DNA of 64,000 nucleotides from Octopus bimaculoides. Its lineage: Eukaryota. This document shows positions 50,231 to 63,916 of this stretch, in pieces. Position 1 is the stretch's first letter. The number at the start of each line of letters is the position of its first letter. A program made the position numbers and the translations under genes. The stretch spans positions 49,719,116-49,783,115 of the forward strand of contig NC_068987.1 of assembly GCF_001194135.2 (NCBI RefSeq). The letters are read 5' to 3'. The notes under the pieces were generated by a model. It was not told the DNA's origin, ran no database searches, and saw nothing but the letters and a program-made list of their open reading frames with translations.

Positions 50231-50813
50231 GTGTGTCATCATCATCATCATCACAACCATCATCATCAACATTTAATGTCTGTTTTCTAGCATGGGTTGG
50301 ATGGCTTGACAGGAACTGGCAAGACCAGGGCCTGCACCAGATTCCACAGGCTGCTTTGGTGTGGTATCTATGGTTGGATGCCCTTAACACCAACCACTCC
50401 ACAGAGAATACTGAGTGCTTTCTATGTGGCATCATCACCAGTGCTTGTTATGTCACACCAGCACCCACACCAATGTTTTTTACATGGCACCTTGGTTTTA
50501 GGATCTCAATTCTGTTGTAGTGGGTGGGTCTTCTCAAGTACTGCAATGCACTACATATCTCAGTCTTCTGTCATCTCTTCTGTAAAGTTCAGCATTTTAA
50601 GATCAGCCTTCAATACTTCATCCTATGTCTTCCTGGGTCTCCCTCTCTCACAGGGTTTCTTTCAGTTTTCAACTACCAAATCCACTCACAAGGCTCCAGT
50701 CAGCCCAGAGCTATAGTAGAAAACACTTGCCCAAGGTGTTCTGTAGTGAGACTGAACCCCAAACTATATAGTTGAGAAGTAAACTGCTTAACCACTCAGC
50801 CATGCTAGCATCC

Positions 50814-51031
50814 ATACAAGGGGGCTGAAAACTTCCTGGTTTTGAGTAAAAGAAAATACTGGAGGATCAGTGAATTATGATTTTATTCAACATATTCCCC
50901 TATCAGATTCACACACTTAATGCAATGGTCCTTCAGTTTTTCTAAGACTTGTAAAAGAACTCAGAAGGTTGGGCCTCCAATTGAGCCTTTCATATTACCT
51001 TTAAAGCCAGGAACTTTTAGATACCTTTTAT
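50814..51031. mobile_element. Mariner-derived MITE (related TIR at about 41354)
   Basis: tacaagggggctgaaaacttcctgg ... gccaggaacttttagatacctttta-ta. Confidence 0.6.
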
Positions 51032-51906
51032 ATGCACATATACAACGGACTTCTTTCAGTTTCCATCTACCAAATCCACTTATAAGGCTTTGGTTTGCCC
51101 AGGGCTATAGTAGAAGACACTTACCCAAGGTACTGTGTAGTGAGACTTAACCTGAAACCACTGTTTGGGAAACAAACTTCTTAACTGTACATCCAGCCTT
51201 GCATCTGAATCTATTAAGTTATTTTTAATCTCTTCCACTTTCTCTTTGCTTTTTTGCCAATAAGAAGGGCACTCCCCTAAACTGTAACTTCCCCACACCC
51301 ATGAGCCAACACTGGAATCTTATGAAGGCTGACTGGAGTTAGGCATTTGCAACAACAATCATGAACTAATATTGTAGGTTGTTTCTATGCTGTTGCTTGA
51401 TTTGTTTGAAATAGTAGCCAAATCTGCTTCAGTTTATACCCTGTTGTCATAAAAAAAAGAATAACACATTGGGTAATGTAGTACTAGATATACAATGTTT
51501 TGAAAAATGATAGGATAGTTATAACTGGAATGCCTTCTTAAATTTAACCTTGGGTTAAATAACTGCAACATTGCAGTTTATAAAAACATTATATTCTACA
51601 GCTTTTTTTCAAAGTATGTAAAGAAAAATCAACAAATCTATGTTGGCAATGCTGATTATCATCATCATTGTCTAACGCCCTCTTTTCCATGCTTGCATAG
51701 GTCAGACAGAATTTGTTGAGGCAAATTTTGTACAGCTGGATGCCTTTCCTGTTGCTAGCCCTCACCTGTTTCCAAGGAAACTAATATATCCTCATGGAAA
51801 CTCAGAAATGAACAACCTCGCTTGTATGACAGTGGTGCTCATTTACAATCACCACCTGATGTCAAGACTGTACACATAAACAAACACACACATATACTTA
51901 CATTTT

Positions 51907-51959
<53 letters not shown>

Positions 51960-54124
51960 AAGTTTCTTACAGTTTCTACCAAATCCACTCTCAAAGCTTT
52001 GATCAGCCTGGGACTATAGTAGAAGGCATTTGCTTAAGTGCTATGCAGTGGGACTGAACATCAATAAATTTTGAATTCTTATTTCAATGGCAGCATTGTT
52101 TTTAATATCCTTGGACAGGACACTTAACTTGGCTTTTGTTAGGCTTCTAAGCTCAATTTAAGAAGGTAATAGTAGCCAACTAGCTTTTGAATAATGGGAA
52201 CTAATCTTAACGGCAGTCAACAAATTATGTGGTATTTTTAATCAAAACACATAATTATGCTTTCATAAGGCTTTAATGTTTAATCAAGAAACTGATATTT
52301 ATTTATTGTTTTATTTTGTTTTGCTTTCCAAGTTTATAAATTAGTTTCTTGCAATCCTAACTTATATTTATTGTTGTCTTGATTAACAGAAACAGACAGA
52401 GAGACAAACAGACAAACAGAGACAGTCAGACAAACAGAGAGACAGACAGACAGACAGACAGACAAGCAAGCAAGCTGAAAAATGACTAAATGCAAAAAAA
52501 AAGAAAAGAAAAATATTTCAACATTGACGATAAAGGAAACCAAAACACAATCCCTGGTGTCAAAATGTTTTTTTTTTCTGTAATATTTAAAGGCTTCTTA
52601 CTTCCTTATGGGTGAATATAGTCATTTTTGAATAATGTTGCTGTTGCTGTTGGTGGTGCTTTAAATTGTTATGAAGATGATGGTAATTTGAAGAATGTAC
52701 AAGTTTTCACCAACAAGTGAAGCAACTGGCTTTATCCCAAGATTGGAGCAATTTCTGTGGAAGAAACTATATATTTCCCTGTATCAATTGCCAGTATCAT
52801 GATAGCAGGCTAGATGGTGAGTATGAATAAGATAAGGTCCAGACATGGCTACATTGCTAAGAAGTTTGCTTCTCAACTATATGGTTTTTGGTTCAGTCCT
52901 GATGCATGTCAGCTTGAGCAAGTGCCTTCTACTATAGCCCCAGAGTGGTTTCTACACCTGGATGCCCATCCTAATGCCAACCACTTAACAGAATGTACTG
53001 GGTGCTCTTTAAGTGGCATCAATGAGTATGCCAAGTACTTGCAAGATAAGACTCCTCAACTGAGTGGGATATAGACTGGAGAAAGAACCTATGATAGAGG
53101 GAGAAGAACAAGTGTCTTGCTGAAGAGGTAAATACATGGCTTGCCCACCTGGAAAGTGAGAAAAGAGAGAGAGAGAGAGAGAGAGTGTGTGTATGTATTT
53201 TTATTATATATATTGTATAAAAAATATACAGATGTGAGTGTATGTATTTTTTGTGTCTTGCATGATTGTTGTAAATGAATGCCATTCATTTCCAATATTC
53301 TGTGGAAACATGTCTGACCACAGGGAAATATTATCTTACTTGGAAACTGGCAAGAATTGGTGACAGGAATGGCATCTGGCTGTAGAAAGTCTGCTTCAAT
53401 CAACTCTGTCTGACATGCATGCATGGATAAGTAGAAGTTCAAATAATGATGATAATAAGTTACTCTGAAATATACTTTTTGCTTTTTTGAGGGCTGGATT
53501 GTCCTGGTTGATGTAAAGAAATTAATTTATGTAAATATTGGTTTTAAATTTTGGTACTAGGCCAGCAATTTTAGGGGAGGAGTAAGTTAATGACATCAAC
53601 CCCAATGTTCAACTGGTACTTATTTTATTGACTTTGGAAGGATGTAAGGCAAAGTTGACCTCAGTAGAATTTGAATTCAACATAAAGACAGATGAAATGC
53701 CACTAAGCATTTTGCCTGGTGTACTAATGATTCTGTCAGCACACCAACTAATAATAATAGTAATGATAATCCTTTCTATTATAGGAACAAAGCCAGCAAT
53801 TTTAGGAGAGGGATAAGTCGATGAAATCGACCCCAGTGTTCAACTGGTACTTATTTTATTTATTCTGGAAGGATGAAAGCAAAGTCAACCTCGGTGGAAT
53901 TTTAACTCAGAATGTAAAGGTGGACGAAATACTGCTAAGCATTTTGCCTGGCATTGCTAACAATTCTGTGAGCTCACCACCTTACTTTTATGTAAATATT
54001 AATGAGAAAAATATTTCAATCAGTACATTCTATTGCAGTTTCTTATATATGCCTTAGATACATAAACCAGTTCGAGCTCCCTTAACCTTTTTGTGACCAT
54101 ATTTCTGTTAAAATATAGTGCCTT

Positions 54125-54810
54125 TCATCATCATCATCATCGTCGTTTAACGTCCGCTTTCCATGCTAGCATGAGTTGGACGATTTGACTGAGGACTGGC
54201 GAAACCAGATGGTTACACCAGGCTCCAATCTGATTTGGCAGAGTTTCTACAGCTGGATGCCCTTCCTAGCGCCAACCACTCCGAGAGTGTAGTAGGTGNN
54301 NNNNNNNNCAGAGTTTCTACAGCTGGATGCCCTTCCTAGCGCCAACCACTCCGAGAGTGTAGTAGGTGCTTTTACATGCCACCGGCATGAAGGCCAGTCA
54401 GGGTACTGGCAACGGCCACGCTCAAAATGGTGTATTTTACGTGCCACCTGCACAGGAGTCAGTTCGGTGGCACTGGCAACGATCTCCCTTGAATGTCTTT
54501 ACACGTGCCACCAGCACAAGTGTCAGAAAGGCGATGCAGGCACAGGTGCCATTGACGGTTTCGCTTTTGCTTGCCCCAATAGGTCTTCGCAAGCCGAGTT
54601 TCGTTTCCAATAAAGGAGACGACGTTGGCATGGGTGCCAGTCGTCGAATTTAATTCGATTTTGATTTCACTTGCCTCAACAGGTCTTCACTAGCGGAGTT
54701 TAGTGTCCAATGAAGGAAGGTACATATAAGTGGGCTGCATGAGGCCTTGGATTTAGGTCTCACTTGGCTTGCCGGGTCTTCACACGCACTGCATATTTCC
54801 AAAGGTCGTG
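54125..54810 (-). mobile_element. RTE LINE 3' fragment, inverted
   Basis: Reverse complement of the same 3' end (catcatcgtcgtttaacgtccgctttccatgctagc). Confidence 0.75.
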
Positions 54811-56704
54811 CCTCACCACCTCATTTATTTGAATTAATTTTGAAAATGAAGAATTTAGTAAAATATCTTTGACATTATTAAGCTGGTGTTTGGAATGTAA
54901 ATTAACATGAAATTGTGATTGAAAGCTTTGATTTAGATCTCTAACCCTAACCCTTTTGTTACCTTATTTCTGTTGAAATACACCCTCTATATTTCAATTA
55001 ATTTTAGAAATAATGAATATAGCAAAATAACTTTTTCTTTTATTCAGCTGAGGATTAGAACATTAACATGAAATTTTAAATGCAAATTTTAATTTAGATA
55101 ACTTTTAAACAAGAAGTTTGTACCATAGGATCAAGGTTGGTCTTGGACAGGTTGATATTGAAAGCATTAAAACATGAGTTTTGTATCATAGAACCAGGGT
55201 AGTCTCAGGTGGATTGATTTCAGAAGGATTCAATTCAGGTCTGGTTCTGAATTGCTGAAAGTTGAGGAGACTAGATGGAAACAGCTCTGAGAAATAGTTA
55301 TTGAGAAATAGTAGCCTCAAGTTAACTCAGATCTATGCTCAAAGATGTTCTAGCTGTGACTCACATTTTATAATTACACCCTAAAATTACATCATACAGT
55401 GTATCTTTATTTTTTGAAGATGGTTGGGTGTTGCTTGAGGTTACATGGTTATTATTTCTAGAAGGTTATGCAATTGGTTTGATAGGGGTTCATCATGGTA
55501 AGTGAAGTGGGAATTGGGCAAGAAAAGAGTGGAGGAGTGGATTGGGGAATTGAACATAAGAGAATTCATACAAACATATCTAGTACATACTTAAACCTAA
55601 CAATCTTCATTATGGAAATTTGTATTGTTGAAGTTCTTCATTCTTCATATTTCAAAGATATACAATCAAAATGGTTAAGATTCTTTCATAAGAGCATGTT
55701 AACATAAAAAAAGGAATGGCTGTAGTTATAATAATGAAATTTGAGCCAAACTGACAAATCAGACACCATCAAATAAAACCTTATAATAATTCTGCTTGTC
55801 ATTCTGTTACTTAGCCGTCTGTAACAAAGTGGGACAGAGAAAAAGAGGGAGAGAGAATCATCCATGACATGAGGTAGAAGGGGCGTAATTGTAATGCTTT
55901 CACATGATTAGTTGAAGGGAAAGAGAGAACAAGAGGTAGAAAGTAAAAGGGGAGAGAAAAAGAGGATAAGGTGAAGAGTGAGAAAGAAAAAGAGGGAGAG
56001 AGAAGTGTCCATGATATGGAGTAGGAGGAATGTAATATTTATTATGTGATTAATAAAGTTAGTTGAAGGTAGTGGTAATATAGAAGAAGAGAGTTAAAAA
56101 TATAATTTTAGTAAAGGGGTGATTTTCTGATGGTGAGGTTAAAGAAAGGCAGAGAGAGATGGGGGAGAGAGAGAGAGAGATGATAGTGGTGGTGGTGATT
56201 GGATAGTGAAAAGTGTATTTGTTTTTTTTTAATCGAACTAAGTTTTTTATATCAACCATCACTTAAGGCATGCACATAAGTGCAATTCTGTGAAATATTC
56301 ATGCTTATTTACATGGCAGATATATGCAATTTAACTAATGGTTGTATCAAATGTACGGCGATTTTTTTTTTTTTTGTTTATGGGTGAAATGGGAAAATAA
56401 GAGTGGATATTTATTTTATTGTGCTGTGTATTAAGTCTATAAAATTATGCATAAAGTATATAAAGTATATATATAAAGTGCATTAAATAATCATCGTATT
56501 CCAATTTCTTTCACTTTTCAATGGGTAGCAGATGAGTGACTATCTTTCCATACAGACACAACACAGGCTATGCTTTCAGGTGTTTTAGATAAAGTTTTCA
56601 GAAATAACCCGATAGGTTTACCATTAATTCCATGAGACATTCATGGGTCCCACTAGTAATTTTAATTTATTGTTTTTGTTTTTTCTGTTGTAGCAATATA
56701 CAAC

Positions 56705-56882
56705 ATGGTTGCTCCTTCATCCACATCTAAAGAAAGCTTACCATCAGAAATGTCAAAAATGAAGAAGTTTGAGAAATCACTTGGCTTTAAGTTTTCAGAC
56801 TTTTCAAGTCCTTCACGATTTGTCAATTTGCTGAATCGACCAACCGATCCTGCATTACTTGGAATGGTACGACTTTTGTTTG
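56705..56882 (+). CDS. GGCX: Vitamin K-dependent gamma-glutamyl carboxylase, first coding exon
   Basis: MVAPSS...[34 protein letters not shown] + G|gtaagt; LLNRPTDPA is a GGCX motif. Acceptor tag| at 56691-56693. Confidence 0.93.
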
Positions 56883-58301
56883 GTAAGTTTGGCTAACTTA
56901 TTTTACATTGGAGTCTTTAAATATAATTAATATAAGAGTTAAAGTGTCTTTAGTCCCACAGTGCAGTACCTTGGGCAAATGCCTTTGACTATAGTCCCAA
57001 GCCAACCAAAGCCTTAGTGATTTCATTTGTTAGCCATCTTTCATTCTTAATATTATTCTCTCCACTCACTTTTTACATTGATCGCTCTCAAACACATACT
57101 ATCTCTCCCACTCTCTCTTTTTCTCTTATCTTCTCTCATCTTTCCCTTGTTCACTGTACCATTATTACTATTCTGCCGTTCTTTACCCCCCCCCCTTTTT
57201 ATGAACTGTCAGTCATTTTCTACACTCTCCCACTTCCTCTAACTCATATGTATCATTGGTCAATTCCCACCCCTTACCATTCACTACATCCACCCCTTAA
57301 CCCTAACCAGTTTCTACAGTTGTTACATACTCTTCTCTGCCTTCCCTACTTATCATCCCTCAACTCTTGTTCTTCATCATATTCACCTTCTCAACCATTC
57401 CCCATCTCTAACAATCTCTCACTCTCCCATACACTCTTGCAACCTTTCCTCACTCACACTACCTGTTCACTTGTCTCCACTCACTTCTAATTACCTTGAA
57501 GATCAACCTGACACCTCATCACTTCTATTTTACCTCTTTCCAGCTCCACTTCAGTTACTCCCATCCTCTCTTCTATAATTTGAGTAGCCATGTAGCTCCT
57601 CTATAGCAAGAAACCTGTTCTTTTCTTACCCTTTCTCTCATACTTTAACCTCTCATCTCAAAGCATAAAGCTGCGTCTCTCTTTACTGCAGCCTCATGTC
57701 AAAGAGGATAAGAAGATCTCAGTCTTGCAAACTGCATGGTAAACTCATTAGTGCTGGTGCCATGAAAAACAGCACTCAGTACATGCTGTAAAGTGGCTGG
57801 CATTAAGAAGAACATCCAGCTGCAGAAATCACACTAATGCAATTCTTGGATGCACCAGGTCTTATCAAATATCCAACCCATGCTAGCATGGAACATGGAT
57901 GTAAAATGATAAGGATGATAATGATAACAATGGTAGCAGTAGTGTGTGTGTGTGTGTGTGTATGTGTGTGTGTGTGTGTGTGTGTGCTTGTTTACATCCT
58001 TGTAACTTAACAGTTCTCCAAAAGTTCTCCAAAGGGGATCTATAGAATTAGTATCAAACTTAAAATAAGTTATGGGGGTCAATTTAATTGACTAGATCCT
58101 TTAATATGGTGCCCCAACATGGCTGCAGTGCAATTACTGAAACCAGTAAAAGAATAAGAAGTAACAGGTCTCACCTGAAAATTGTGGTGGCATGAACCTC
58201 AAGTCAAGAGACAAACATTCAGTTTAAAAAAAAAAAACATATTCTATGACATGTTTTGAGTGCCCCTCAGATTCATTCAGCACAATTCAATGCTTATGAG
58301 T

Positions 58302-58353
<52 letters not shown>

Positions 58354-58354
58354 C

Positions 58355-59595
58355 AAGTAAGAGTCCACCAAGATTCAGTTCTTAGCCCCATTTTATTTAT
58401 CATGGTCCTTCAAGCTATAACTGAAGAATTTAAGACTGACTGCCCTTGGGAGCTCCTCTATGCTGATGACCTTGTTCTTATTGCTGAATCACTACCAGAA
58501 CTAGAGAAGAAATTTCAGGTATGGAAGCACCGACTGGAATTGAAGGGCCTTAGAGTTAATTTAGCAAAGACCAAGGTAATGATAAGTAGGAAAACAGACA
58601 AATCACTGATTCCTTCAGGGAGATGGCCCTGCTTGATATATAGAAAAGGTATTGGAAGAAACTCCATTAGATGTACCCAGTGCAAGCTATGGATACATAA
58701 GAGGTCACTGGAAGACTAACAGGGAAACTAGTCTTTACATGTGGCAGATGTGCAGGTACATTAAACACCAGGAATGTACAAGAAATAGACTCCCTCAAAT
58801 GTCAGTGGGGATCCTTAACTGACCAAGTTAGTAGTGGGGAGGTTATTCCAAAAGCATAGCTGCTAGAATAAGAATAGGCTGGGTGAAGTTCAGAGCTATT
58901 ACCTCTGTTAGTAACAAAGGACCTCTCCCTCAGAGTGAAAGACAGGTTGTATGATGCCTGTGTGTGGACAGTTATGCTACATAACAATGAGACATGGGCT
59001 GTGACTACTGAGGATATGTGAAGGCTTGAAAGAAATGAAACCAGTTACACTCCACTGGATGGGTAATATCAATGTGCATATATGATAGTGTAAGTGATTT
59101 GAGAGAAAAACTGGGTATATGAGGCATCAGATATAGTGTGCAATCGAAATCAAAATGGAAATTGTAGTTGTGGCTGATGCCAGTGCCACCTGACTGGCTC
59201 CCGTGCTGGTAGCACACAATAAGCACCATTTATACGTGGGTCATCGCCAGTGCTGCCTGATTGGCTCCCCGTGCCAGTGGCACATAAAAAGCACCATCCA
59301 AACGTGGTCAATGCCAGCCCCACCACCCCGACTGGCTCCTGTGCCAGTAGCACATAAAAAGCACCATCCAAACGTAACCAATGCCAGTGCCTCCTGACTG
59401 GCTCCCATGCTGGTGGCACGTATAAAGCACCCACTACACTCTTGGAGTGGTTGGTGTTAGGAAGGGCATCCAGTTGTAGAAACCTTGCCAGATCAGATTG
59501 GAGCCTGGTGCAGCCTCCTGGCTTGCCAGTCCCCAGTCAAACCGTCCAACCCCTGCCAGCATGGAAAACGGACGTTAAACAATGATGATGATGGT
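58355..59595 (+). mobile_element. Degenerate RTE LINE in GGCX intron
   Basis: LSPILFIMVLQAITEEFKTDCPWELLYADDLVLIAES; same 3'UTR and tail. Confidence 0.85.
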
Positions 59596-59966
59596 ATATA
59601 TATATATATATATATATNNNNNNNNNNNNNNNNNNNNNNNNNNNNNNNNNNNNNNNNNNNNNNNNNNNNNNNNNNNNNNNNNNNNNNNNNNNNNNNNNNN
59701 NNNNNNNNNNNNNNNNNNNNNNNNNNNATATTTTCATAATTTTAACAGTTGAGCTCAGAGTATACCAAGCTATAAATGATAGCATGTAAATATTCAGTTA
59801 AAAACCCCTTTGACCAGAAAAAGTTAAAAGCTGAACCCACATTTTATAGCTTTATGTACTTTGAGTTCAACCGTTAAAAATTAATTATTTCATGTTTTCT
59901 CAAAGTTTCCGAAATTCTTCTGATGTAAATAATATATATATGCATTTTTTTTTTTTTTTGGTGCAG

Positions 59967-60122
59967 GGTTCATTATGCTGCTGGATATACCTCAGGAGCG
60001 TGGCTTATCATCTATTGATGAAAAATACAATGATGCTCAAATGTGTAATTTTCCTTTATTTGACTTCCTGAAGCCTCTTCCCCTCGAATGGATGTATGTA
60101 CTATACTTTTCCATGTGGCTTT
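59967..60122 (+). CDS. GGCX: GGCX second coding exon (gene continues beyond the window)
   Basis: [52 protein letters not shown]; matches LDIPQERGL...C.FPL...L.PLP..WMY. Confidence 0.95.
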
Positions 60123-62059
60123 GTAAGTAGCTTGAACTTTACATACTTTTTGGAAGCAAGTAAATTTATTTTACTTTATTCACTCCACCTCCCTTTATTG
60201 AGTTTTTTCTTTTTTTATTTGTACAACTTAATATTTTTTCTTTTTGGCATCTGTTTTTAGAAACTCTTGTGTTCTTTCCTTTTCTTTCACTTATATGGGA
60301 TATGCTCTAACACACTACAACACTAAATATAAGTTGGTAAAAATAAAATTTTGTAATAAGACAGAACATGAAAATATTTGGTACCATGCAAAGTATATAA
60401 GATTTCAAAATGAGCCAAATTTAGATAAAAAGAAATAGAAAGAAAAAGAACACTAAAAAAATACAGTCATTTCAGGCTGTTAGTTAGTATACTTGTGGGA
60501 AATATTTAATTATTTATTGAAAAATGTAGTAAGTTTTTAATTTTGATTATGAGAAAATTCACATATAACATGAACTAGACTTTAGTTTGGATTTTCCACT
60601 TTAACCATCTGTTACTCTCCTCTTACACTCTTATGAAATTAACCTACTCCTCCCCAATCTAAGGGTGGTCCATTTCTGGATTAAAGCAAAAAATTTGAAC
60701 TAACTGTATTTTAAACACGTATTCTCACTTTCTTGTATGTACCTTGAGAGTTAGCTCTGATTCCTTATCACCACCATCTTTATCTTCATTCTGGATACTC
60801 CCACCTTTATATAATGCAAGGTAGCTACATATCAACTCTATTGCAAAACACCTGTGTTTTTCCTCTCAACACCTGACATGAAGCCATCTTCCCCTGTTCT
60901 CTCAAATATACTCTTCAGTTAGGCAAAGAGGATTTTTCTTTTCTTTTGTTGTCTTGCAAGTTACTTAGAGAACTCACTTATGCTGATGTCATGAAAAAAA
61001 AAAAAACTATCCAGAACACACTCTCGGAGTGGTTGGCATTAGGAAGGGCATCCAGCTGTAGAAACCATACCAAAGCTGACAATGGACTCAACACAGTACT
61101 GTAGCTTGTTACTACCTGTCAAACCACCCAACTCATGACAGCATGGAAAACAAATATTAAATGATGTTGATAATGATGATGACTCTAGGTTTTCTCATCT
61201 ATCAATATTTATTGCATTGTCATGCTATGTTGGGCTTTAATGATGTTAATAATTGAGCTCATAAATATCATGGATATATTTTATGATGTTTATGCTTTGC
61301 ATTTATAAGTCACACCCAACACAGTCATTTACATTACTTATACTAAGCTGGGAAATATTTAATTAGTATTAAATAGGTGATAAGTTTTAGTGGTAATTTC
61401 TAGAAAATTATGAAAATAGGTGATTTTGTTTCAATGTCGTAATTTTAGGGTTTCAATTTACATTGAGATATGCTAACATTGAAACATTAAATTTAAATTT
61501 TCTTGTCATATTAATTGTCTGTAGTCAGGACTGGCTGCACTGTTAGGTGCTGGACTGCCTGCCTTTTAGTTCTTGGTAGTTGTCATGTTGCTGGTATTAC
61601 ATTGCATGCTGGATCACTATAATTGATTTATCTATTCTTTTATTTATTACTTGTTTCAATCATTGGTCTGCAGCCATGCTGAGCCACTGCCTTGAAAGGT
61701 TTTAGTTGAACAAATCAACCTCTGTACTTTTTTTTTAAGCCTGGTTGTATCCTATCAGGCTCTTATACCAAACTGCGAAGTAAGGTGGATGTAAACCAAC
61801 CAACGCTGGTTGTCAAGCTATGGTGGGGGATAAACACAGACACACACATAAATATATACATATGTATATACAACAGGTTTCTTTCAGTTTCTGTCTACCA
61901 AATCCACTGACAAGGCTTAAATCAGCCCAAGGCTATAGCAGACACTTTATCCAAGGTATCACATGGTGGGACTGAACCCAAAACCATGTGGTTGGGAAGC
62001 ATGCTTCTTACCACACTGCTATGTCTGCACCTACACTGTTATTTGACTCAAAATATATA

Positions 62060-62602
62060 GGCAGAATTCTGGTTTAAATACCCCATATAACCCCTCATAA
62101 CTTTTTTATTTTTAGGAATTTTAAGAAAACTTTTACAAAATTCTGTTCTACACTTGGGAATTCATACAATTATTCAAAAAAAATTTCTGTGTGATTTAAG
62201 GGTTATTTAGCTGTTGTTTTTAGCACATCTCACGACCACCTGATATCTTCCTCATTTCTTTGTCACTCTGACATATATTGATGTTTTTCAATATTTTTCT
62301 CCCCATAAACACATTTAATGGAATTTTGATGCATCCAAAGGTAATCCATTGATGGTTTAAGCAAAAAATTCTAACTACCAGTATTTTAAACTGATTTAAA
62401 AAAAAAAAAAATTGGAAAAAGAGTGAAAGTTTTTAGATTTATGGGGGAAGGTGGAATGCATTAAAAATTATAGAAAAGGTTTTTTTTTCATAATTGTATA
62501 AATTTCCATCTGCAGATCACACATTGGCAAAACTTTTCTGAAAATTTCAAAAAATAAAAGAGCTATGAGAGTTATATGAGGTGCTTAAGCCAGAATTCTG
62601 CC
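62060..62602. mobile_element. ~540-bp MITE with long TIRs in GGCX intron (inverted family member near 37005-37501)
   Basis: ggcagaattctgg...ccagaattctgcc termini, about 130-bp imperfect TIRs, AT-rich flanks. Confidence 0.75.
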
Positions 62603-63673
62603 AATATATTTACTCTAGTAAATGGCCAATTTACATTTTATTGACCTCAGAGGATTGAAACACAAAGTCACTGGTGATGAAATTTTAATTCAAGAGAATG
62701 TAGAAATATGAAACTATTTTGTAAAACATTTAGTTCTATATTCAAGTATTTCTTCTGTTCAACAACCTTTTGAAACTGTATAACTGACAATTTTGTTGTC
62801 TTTGCAATGTTTACTTCAAATTTTCTTACAGATATCTATCAAAGAAAGCCTGAACCTACCAGGGGCTTGCTTGTTTGATATATAAATATATATAGCTAAG
62901 TGAAACCATTATTTTGTCTTTACATTAAAATGTTGTGCCTTTACAGGGTATTACGGTTTCACTTAGCCATAGTGGCACCTATAACCATTTGCTAGAACCT
63001 AGTTCACATTATTAATTAAGACCTGACAGTGAAAAGGTGTGAATTGTCTGATGATCTCCACTCAAAACTTTTGTATGAACTAGAAAATCAGTATAGAGCA
63101 TAATCTTAATAAATGAATGACCAAAGAACAGGAGTTATGTAACTACATTCATTAGCTTACAGCTGTTGCAGTTATAGGTTGAGTGCCAGCATGACATAAT
63201 ATAGCTTCTTCAGAACTATTTCAATGAAGTTTTTTTTTTTTTATTGAAGAGTATATTTAAATGTATAGTTGGGTGCATATGATATAATAAAATATGATAT
63301 AATATAGTACAAAATAATATATAAAATAATATATTATTGAAGTGAGGCTTTTTTGGCCCTAGTGATTATAAGAAACTTGGTATATTAAATGTGACACTAA
63401 ATAAACTATTTATTATAAGGGCCAAATCAAGAATAGTGATAGAATAAATGCTTTATGGTATTTATCTGTATTTCTTTATGCTCTGAGTGCCTTTCATCAT
63501 TTATGGATTGAAGACATAAGTAGCAAGTAAATTTAATCTATGATTTTTGTCTCCCCACACCTCTGGCCTTTTGAAATCATTATTTTAAAATAGCAGAGTG
63601 GCAGAACTGTAAAATGACTCCTCTTCCTCCTCCTCGTCATCGTGATCATCATTGAAACCATTATTATTATTAT

Positions 63674-63916
63674 TACAATTAAACCTTGGGAGAGGCATTA
63701 TGCTGGTAATAAACACACGCACTGGTTCAGTCCTTTATCAATTTATATAGTTTTTTGATAAATTATTTCATTGCACTCTTGCAATCTCTTCAGTAACTGA
63801 AGAGATTGCAAGAGTGCAATGAAATAATTTAACAAAAAACTATATAAATTGATAAAGGACTGAACCAGTGCGTGTGTTTATTACCGGCATAATGCCTCTC
63901 CCAAGGTTTAATTGTA
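63674..63916. repeat. 243-bp near-perfect palindrome (121-bp arms, 2 mismatches, 1-nt centre at 63795)
   Basis: tacaattaaaccttgggagaggc...cttcagt A actgaag...gcctctcccaaggtttaattgta; begins and ends with TA. Confidence 0.95.
63793..63833 (+). ncRNA. Minimal type I hammerhead ribozyme motif (mirror copy on minus strand, 63757-63797)
   Basis: gtaa-CTGAAGA-g-attgc(aagagt)gcaat-GAAA-taa-T-T/taac: full catalytic core, 5-bp helix II, short helix III, 3-of-4-bp helix I. Confidence 0.65.

Noticed and set aside
61520-63000. Candidate third GGCX coding exon after acceptor-like sites at about 61524, 62830 and 62946
   Set aside because: No frame gives the expected G..YR...YWY..LLDK..WNNHSYL motif; the exon must lie beyond the window.
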